Source: Gammaproteobacteria bacterium (GTDB taxonomy: Bacteria > Pseudomonadota > Gammaproteobacteria > JABCZS01). Taken from it: a stretch of DNA of 64,000 bases. The position numbers and the translations under genes were made by a program. The stretch spans positions 69,943 to 133,942 of the forward strand of contig JABDAR010000002.1 in the NCBI GenBank assembly GCA_013289085.1, written 5' to 3'. This document shows positions 58,504 to 64,000 of the stretch, in pieces; position 1 is the stretch's first letter, and each line of letters begins with the position of its first letter. A model generated the notes under the pieces. The model was not told the DNA's origin. It was given only the letters and a program-made list of their open reading frames with translations, and made no database searches.

Positions 58504-58522
58504 CTGTTATAATCTAGCCATT

Positions 58523-59896
58523 ATGAAAATTATTATCTTAGGCGCGGGCCGGGTTGGGCGTACGCTGGCTGAACAATTATTGCTTGAACACAATGAAATT
58601 ACATTGGTGGATAGCAGCGCTAATCAATTGGCTTATATTACTGAAAAATTTGATTTATGTACCATAGTGGGTAATGCGGCGTCTCCTGAAGTATTAGAAA
58701 AAGCCGGCGCTCAAGATGCAGATATGCTGATTGCTGTTACCGGCAGTGATGAAGTCAATATGCTCGCCTGTGAAATCTCTCATCAATTATTTAAAACGCC
58801 GCGCAAAATTGCCAGAATTCGTAACAGTGAATATCTTCGCTATCCACAATTATTTAGTGCCAAAGGCATTCCCGTGGATATTTTAATTAATCCTGAGAAT
58901 TTAGTGATCAATTATGTGACCCGCTTGGTGGAATATCCGAGTGCGTTACAAGTATTAGATTTTGCTCAAGGAAAAATTGAACTGGTGATGGTGAAAGCAA
59001 AAGAGCATGCGCCTTTAATCGGACAACCTTTAAAAAATCTCGGCATCCATATGCCTTCCGTTGAAACAAAAATTGTCGCCATTACGCGTCAAAGCAATAC
59101 CATTACTCCAGAACCAGATACGATTATTGAAGTAGATGATGAAGTATTTTTTATTGCCGATAAAAATAATGTCCGTGAAGTGATCAGTGAACTACGTGGT
59201 AGCATCACCCCTTCTCGCAATATTATGATTGCAGGCGGTGGTAATACTGGTCTTGGTTTAGCGCAAGCCTTAGAACATCGCTACCATGTTAAAATCATTA
59301 GTCGTGATAAACATCGCTGTCGCAAACTTGCTGAATCCTTGCAAAATACTATTGTATTACACGGTAACGCGGTTGATGAAACTTTATTATTTGATGAAAA
59401 CATTGGTAATGTCGACGTATTTTGTGCAATGACAGACGATGATGAAATTAATATTATGTCTGCAACCTTGGCCAAACGTTTAGGCGCCCGTAAAGTCATG
59501 GCCCTTATCAATCGGCAAGCTTACATTAATTTAATCAAAAACAGCACTATCGATATTGTGATTTCCTCACATTTAGCGACTATGAATAATGTCTTAAGTC
59601 ATCTGCGTCGAGGTGATGTTGTACAAGCACATACATTAAATAATAATGCCGCTGAAGCATTGGAAGCCATTGCTCATGGTAATCCTGAAAACTCTAAAAT
59701 TGTAGGACGTACCATTGAGCAAATTCAATTGCCGCATGGTGCTTCTATTGGCGCAATTGTACGTGCCGGTATGGTGATTATTGCAAAACCGCAAACCATG
59801 ATCATGCCAGAAGACCATATTATTTTATTTGTACCGGATAAGCGCGATATTCCAGTGATTGAGCATTTATTCCAAGTCGGCCTGACATTTTTTTAA
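58523..59896 (+). CDS. trkA: Trk potassium uptake system NAD-binding subunit
   Basis: 457 aa with two RCK-N/RCK-C repeats (IIILGAGRVG, IMIAGGGNTG). Confidence 0.9.
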   Translation: MKIIILGAGRVGRTLAEQLLLEHNEITLVDSSANQLAYITEKFDLCTIVGNAASPEVLEKAGAQDADMLIAVTGSDEVNMLACEISHQLFKTPRKIARIRNSEYLRYPQLFSAKGIPVDILINPENLVINYVTRLVEYPSALQVLDFAQGKIELVMVKAKEHAPLIGQPLKNLGIHMPSVETKIVAITRQSNTITPEPDTIIEVDDEVFFIADKNNVREVISELRGSITPSRNIMIAGGGNTGLGLAQALEHRYHVKIISRDKHRCRKLAESLQNTIVLHGNAVDETLLFDENIGNVDVFCAMTDDDEINIMSATLAKRLGARKVMALINRQAYINLIKNSTIDIVISSHLATMNNVLSHLRRGDVVQAHTLNNNAAEALEAIAHGNPENSKIVGRTIEQIQLPHGASIGAIVRAGMVIIAKPQTMIMPEDHIILFVPDKRDIPVIEHLFQVGLTFF

Positions 59897-59908
59897 TGGT
59901 GATTTAAT

Positions 59909-61360
59909 ATGATTCAAATTGCCGTCAGTCTACGCATTTTAGGTGTTATCTTAATTGTGTTTAGTCTCACGCATCTACCTGCAATTGCTATTGCCTTATG
60001 GCATCATGAAACAGAAATCACAACTTTCCTATCCGCCGCAATGGTCACTTTTACTGCAGGATTACTACTCTGGTACATTTATCGTAATGCCACCCAAGAA
60101 CTGCGCACACGTGATGGATTTTTTATTGTCGTGTTGATTTGGACAGTCATTGGCATTTTCGGCGCTATCCCTTTTATTTTTTCACCCACATTATCAGCTT
60201 CGATTATTGATGCTGTATTTGAATCCATATCGGGTCTTACAACTACAGGCGCAACAGTATTTGTGGGCTTAGATAGCATGCCGAGATCAATTTTATATTA
60301 TCGCCAACAATTACATTTTTTAGGCGGCATGGGTATTATCGTATTAGCGGTGGCTATTTTACCTTTACTCGGGATCGGGGGTATGCAATTATTTCGCTCT
60401 GAAATTTCATCATTTTCTAAAGATACAAAACTAACACCACAAGTTACCCAAACTGCAAAAATGTTATGGCTTGTTTATATTGGTCTTAATCTAGCTTGTA
60501 TTATTGCTTATTGGATAGGCGGTATGAGTTTATTTGATGCCGTGTGTTTTGCATTTGCAACCATCTCAACCGGTGGCTTTGCGCCCTATGATGATAGCTT
60601 TATTTTCCCACAAATTTCATTACATTTAATCGCTGTAGTATTTATGATTTTAGGTGCGCTTAATTTTTCCCTACATTTTCTAGCCTTCAGACATGGGAAA
60701 TTTTTAAATTATTTCAAAGACGCTGAAGTGAAAATGTTTTTCTTGATTCAATTGGTGGTATTTTTAGCCTGCGTCATTATTATTTTTCATCATACAACAG
60801 TGCTAGACCCTGTTTATTCAGTAGTGGAAGTTTTATTTCAAGTGATTTCCATCAGTACCACTACTGGTTTTACCGTCACCACATTTCATTTATGGCCGAC
60901 ATTTTTACCATTTTTATTATTATTTGCGGCGCTTATTGGGGGCTGTTCCGGCTCGACCGCAGGCGGTATTAGAGTTGTACGTATGCTCTTGATTTTAAAA
61001 CAAGGGTGGCGGGAAATGACTCGCTTAGTGCATCCTAAAGGTTATTTTTTATTAAAGTTAAATCAAAAAGTAGTTTCATCACGCGTCAGTGATGCGGTAT
61101 GGGGATTTGTCGGCATTTATTTTTGTGTATTTTTAATCTTAATGTTTTTACTCATGGGTTTTGGTTTAGATTTTATCAGCGCATTTAGTGGTTTGGTCGG
61201 TGCTATCACAACCTTAGGTCCAGGCTTAGGTAAAGTCGCATTGAATTATGCCGACATCAGCCATGGCGCTAAAATCACTTTGACTTTTGCGATGTTGTTA
61301 GGTCGCTTAGAATTATTTGCTATCTTAGTTTTACTCACCCCCGCTTTTTGGAGACAATAA
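59909..61360 (+). CDS. trkH: Trk potassium uptake system membrane subunit
   Basis: 483 aa polytopic protein with selectivity-filter-like SGLTTTG, TGGF, TTTGF and GPGLG segments. Confidence 0.85.
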   Translation: MIQIAVSLRILGVILIVFSLTHLPAIAIALWHHETEITTFLSAAMVTFTAGLLLWYIYRNATQELRTRDGFFIVVLIWTVIGIFGAIPFIFSPTLSASIIDAVFESISGLTTTGATVFVGLDSMPRSILYYRQQLHFLGGMGIIVLAVAILPLLGIGGMQLFRSEISSFSKDTKLTPQVTQTAKMLWLVYIGLNLACIIAYWIGGMSLFDAVCFAFATISTGGFAPYDDSFIFPQISLHLIAVVFMILGALNFSLHFLAFRHGKFLNYFKDAEVKMFFLIQLVVFLACVIIIFHHTTVLDPVYSVVEVLFQVISISTTTGFTVTTFHLWPTFLPFLLLFAALIGGCSGSTAGGIRVVRMLLILKQGWREMTRLVHPKGYFLLKLNQKVVSSRVSDAVWGFVGIYFCVFLILMFLLMGFGLDFISAFSGLVGAITTLGPGLGKVALNYADISHGAKITLTFAMLLGRLELFAILVLLTPAFWRQ

Positions 61361-62871
61361 TGGTCACTAAACGTTTAATTCAATTACTCATCGCTTTAGT
61401 GATAATCATCGTACTCTGCGTAATAGGATTGACGTTATTTGTAGATCCAAATCGTTATAAAGATCTAATTGCTACAAAAATAGAAGAAAAAATACATCGC
61501 CCTGTTGCCATTAATGGTGATATTCATTGGAGTTTTTGGCCAGGAGTGGGCTTAAGCTTAGAAAAGGTACACATTAGCGAACCCCATAGCACAGCTACGT
61601 TTGCAGATATAGAAACAATTAAACTGTCTGCTCGTCTTATACCCTTACTCAGCAAACAAATCGAAATTAAAAATCTTGCCGTTGAAAATACGAAAGTTTA
61701 TTTACCTAAAAAAATCAATTTAAATATTATTAGCCTAGATACAGAACTTTATATAAATATGCCGAGCAAAAGCTATGAAGCACAAGAAGGATCTGTCAAA
61801 ATGACAGTAGAGGGTTTGGATGGATTTTCACAAGCACAACTTGTTAAATTAACCTTTGATAAATTATTATTTGATTTAAATACGGGACATCTGACTGCAG
61901 ACAATTTAAAAGCACAATTAGGTCACTCTAAAATAGTGGGGAATTTAACTGTTACTACCCTTCATCCTTTTAAAGCGCAAGGTGATGTTACGATTGACAC
62001 CATAACGGTATCGGGTATGACATTTACGCAAACCCAAATACATATCGATGCCAATAATAACATTATCCGCTTTGCGCCTCTGAAAACCCAATTACCTTCC
62101 GGTTCGCTGCAAAGCACCATCATATTAAATATGCAACAATCAACACCTCGCTGGGATATAGATGCCACACTCAATAATATGCTATTGAATAGTGCTAAAT
62201 TCACTGGCCATGTAAATGGACATACAAAAGTCAATGCCAGCGGCTTTGACAGGAATACCTTTTTACAAACACTTAATGGCAACGCCAATTTTAATATTAC
62301 CGATGGTACTTTAAACAATATCGATTTAGGATATTGGCTTTCTGTAGGAGAAAGCATGTTAATATCAGCCAAAAATATCACCACCTTGGCAATCGATACC
62401 GCACAAGCAGCTGTGGGTAAAAACAATACGAATCATACTACTTTCAAAGAAATGTCTGGAAGTTTTAATATTCAACAAGGTATTGCGCATAATAATGATT
62501 TAAAAGTTTCAAGCGACACCATTTTTGCCAATGGCAAAGGCATCATTGATTTACCCAAACAACAAGTCAATTATACGGTAAATGTAGGCCGCCAAGGTAG
62601 TAACTCGCAAATTCCTCTTAAAGTCACGGGTGATTTAAAAAGTCCAAATGTTGGTATTGACCGTGCAGGTATTCAAAAATTATTATTACAAGGTGTAAAA
62701 AATGGCTTGGCCGATACCATGACGGGTGGTGTGATACCTGCTATTGGGGCAGGAGAAGCGATTGTTAATTCTGTTACGGGTAATCACAGCAATAATAATA
62801 ATACGAATACCAACACTCAATCCAGCCCTGAACAAACTGTTAAAGATACAATAAAAGGTTTATTTAATTAA
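61360..62871 (+). CDS. asmA: AsmA-family outer-membrane biogenesis protein
   Basis: N-terminal anchor followed by FVDPNRYKDLI...INGDIHWSFWP, typical of AsmA. The ATG at 61360 follows GGAG by 6 nt. The ORF-track start at 61348 is a TTG. Confidence 0.7.
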   Translation: MVTKRLIQLLIALVIIIVLCVIGLTLFVDPNRYKDLIATKIEEKIHRPVAINGDIHWSFWPGVGLSLEKVHISEPHSTATFADIETIKLSARLIPLLSKQIEIKNLAVENTKVYLPKKINLNIISLDTELYINMPSKSYEAQEGSVKMTVEGLDGFSQAQLVKLTFDKLLFDLNTGHLTADNLKAQLGHSKIVGNLTVTTLHPFKAQGDVTIDTITVSGMTFTQTQIHIDANNNIIRFAPLKTQLPSGSLQSTIILNMQQSTPRWDIDATLNNMLLNSAKFTGHVNGHTKVNASGFDRNTFLQTLNGNANFNITDGTLNNIDLGYWLSVGESMLISAKNITTLAIDTAQAAVGKNNTNHTTFKEMSGSFNIQQGIAHNNDLKVSSDTIFANGKGIIDLPKQQVNYTVNVGRQGSNSQIPLKVTGDLKSPNVGIDRAGIQKLLLQGVKNGLADTMTGGVIPAIGAGEAIVNSVTGNHSNNNNTNTNTQSSPEQTVKDTIKGLFN

Positions 62872-63881
62872 TGTCGTCAATGCTCAGTAAAAAACTGATC
62901 CCCTGGCAACAACAACATGGGCGCAATGATTTACCTTGGCAAAATAATCCAACACCGTATCGCGTGTGGATTTCTGAAATCATGTTGCAACAAACCCAAG
63001 TAGAAACTGTAAAAGCTTATTATGTACGCTTTATGCATCGCTTCCCTACACTGAAAGATTTAGCCAAAGCCAGTGAAGATGAAGTTTTACAATTATGGAC
63101 CGGTTTAGGTTATTACGCACGTGCACGCAATTTACATCGCGCAGCAAAAATAATTGTGAATGATTATCAAGGACAATTTCCAGATGATTTATCTGAGATA
63201 ATAAAATTACCCGGCATTGGTCGCTCCACCGCGGGTGCTATTTTATCTTTTGCAATGAATCAATCAGCGGTGATTTTAGATGGCAATGTTAAACGGGTAT
63301 TAACGCGCGCCTTTGCAATGAATATTTGGCCAGGAGATTCTAAAGTACAAGACACACTTTGGGCGCTTGCTACAAAACACACACCCAAGAAAGATACCGG
63401 TATTTACAATCAGGCGTTAATGGATTTAGGCGCGATGATTTGTACGCGTAGAGCGCCGCAATGTCCTTTGTGTCCTTTACGCAAAAATTGTTTAGCATAT
63501 GCGCAAAAAATACAAGAACATATTCCACATCCAAAGCCGAAAAAAGCTATGCCTGAAAAATATGGTTTTATGCTGGTGTTATATAACAAAAAAGAAAATG
63601 CTATTTTATTAGGAAAACGTCCATCAAATGGAATTTGGGGTGGTTTATGGTGTTTCCCGGAGTGTCCAATTGATTTGCGTCATAAAAAAAATTTCTTAGA
63701 ACAAATCCATCATACGTTTACTCATTATCGTTTTCATATTCAATTGGTAAAAATATTAACGCAAAGTTTCCGTATTCCGAAAACGCTTCAAGCAGCTGAA
63801 TATCAATGGTACAAACTCGATCATTCCGCGCCAATTGCTTTGGCCGCGCCAGTGAAAAGTCTTATTAATTTTTCTTGTTAG
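62871..63881 (+). CDS. mutY: A/G-specific adenine DNA glycosylase
   Basis: 336 aa with a helix-hairpin-helix (LPGIGRSTAGAI), the 4Fe-4S cluster loop CTRRAPQCPLCPLRKNC and a NUDIX-like C-terminus. Confidence 0.9.
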   Translation: MSSMLSKKLIPWQQQHGRNDLPWQNNPTPYRVWISEIMLQQTQVETVKAYYVRFMHRFPTLKDLAKASEDEVLQLWTGLGYYARARNLHRAAKIIVNDYQGQFPDDLSEIIKLPGIGRSTAGAILSFAMNQSAVILDGNVKRVLTRAFAMNIWPGDSKVQDTLWALATKHTPKKDTGIYNQALMDLGAMICTRRAPQCPLCPLRKNCLAYAQKIQEHIPHPKPKKAMPEKYGFMLVLYNKKENAILLGKRPSNGIWGGLWCFPECPIDLRHKKNFLEQIHHTFTHYRFHIQLVKILTQSFRIPKTLQAAEYQWYKLDHSAPIALAAPVKSLINFSC

Positions 63882-64000
63882 ATTTACAAATGGGTCTATC
63901 GTCTTCTCGTGTATAATCACCAGCAGCCAAATGACCCATAGCAAGTGGATCATCCAAATTAGGATTTGTATAGAAAAATTGAATCCTGCTATAGTAATCC
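63865..64000 (-). CDS. C-terminal fragment of an unidentified protein (enters from window edge)
   Basis: The reverse frame is open from the window edge: ...DYYSRIQFFYTNPNLDDPLAMGHLAAGDYTREDDRPICKSNKKN, with the stop at 63865..63867. It overlaps the mutY 3' end by 17 nt. I cannot assign a function. Confidence 0.3.
   Translation of the reverse strand, partial: DYYSRIQFFYTNPNLDDPLAMGHLAAGDYTREDDRPICKSNKKN

Noticed and set aside
63756-63953. 65-aa minus-strand ORF from the supplied track at the mutY 3' end.
   Set aside because: It overlaps mutY by 126 nt and has a hydrophobic, biased sequence. A different reverse frame stays open to the window edge and is the more likely real gene, although it is itself low confidence.
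1-64000. Window-wide scan for tRNA, rRNA, CRISPR arrays, IS elements or transposases, integrases, prophage genes and toxin-antitoxin pairs.
   Set aside because: No intergenic region is both long enough and cloverleaf-like for a tRNA. No regularly spaced direct repeats were seen. No ORF carries transposase, integrase or phage signatures. The only repeat-like sequences are the short GC-rich palindromic units reported above.

Overview
AT-rich gammaproteobacterial chromosome segment. Gene content, orphan genes and compact organisation would fit a Legionellales-like organism, but the taxon cannot be determined from sequence alone. Most of the window is densely packed housekeeping DNA. It holds thrABC, rho-trxA, gpmI-envC-ctpA divergent from yibN-grxC-secB-gpsA, and glnA, trmL, cca and comF. 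It also holds a Pseudomonas-style bioBFHCD operon, sodC, pyrE, xthA, an RND efflux pair, lptM-lysA-dapF, osmC, rpoH, mrcA, terC, topA-smg-dprA, fmt-trkA-trkH, asmA and mutY. I found no tRNA, rRNA, CRISPR array, IS element, transposase, integrase or phage gene. The main accessory feature is one 10,029-nt gene (8684..18712, minus strand) encoding a trimodular non-ribosomal peptide synthetase with domain order A-T-C-A-T-E-C-A-T-TE. It is much more AT-rich than its neighbours and starts 1 nt after the ctpA stop codon, so it looks like the last gene of the gpmI-envC-ctpA envelope operon. Its stop codon overlaps, inside a TTAA, the stop of two tandemly duplicated Bcr/CflA-type MFS transporters. The specificity residues I read suggest a short cationic peptide: acidic-pocket substrate, then D-Val, then a Lys-like residue. 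Other points worth a second look: a 115-bp GC-rich nested inverted-repeat element in the gpmI/yibN divergent promoter region, with related fragments at two other loci; two overlapping orphan genes with S/T/N-rich tails; a Cys-rich tail-anchored orphan; a minimal DsbB-like protein coupled to a TTC38-family protein; an orphan AAA+/DUF4143 ATPase; and repeated 3'-end overlaps of convergent genes.
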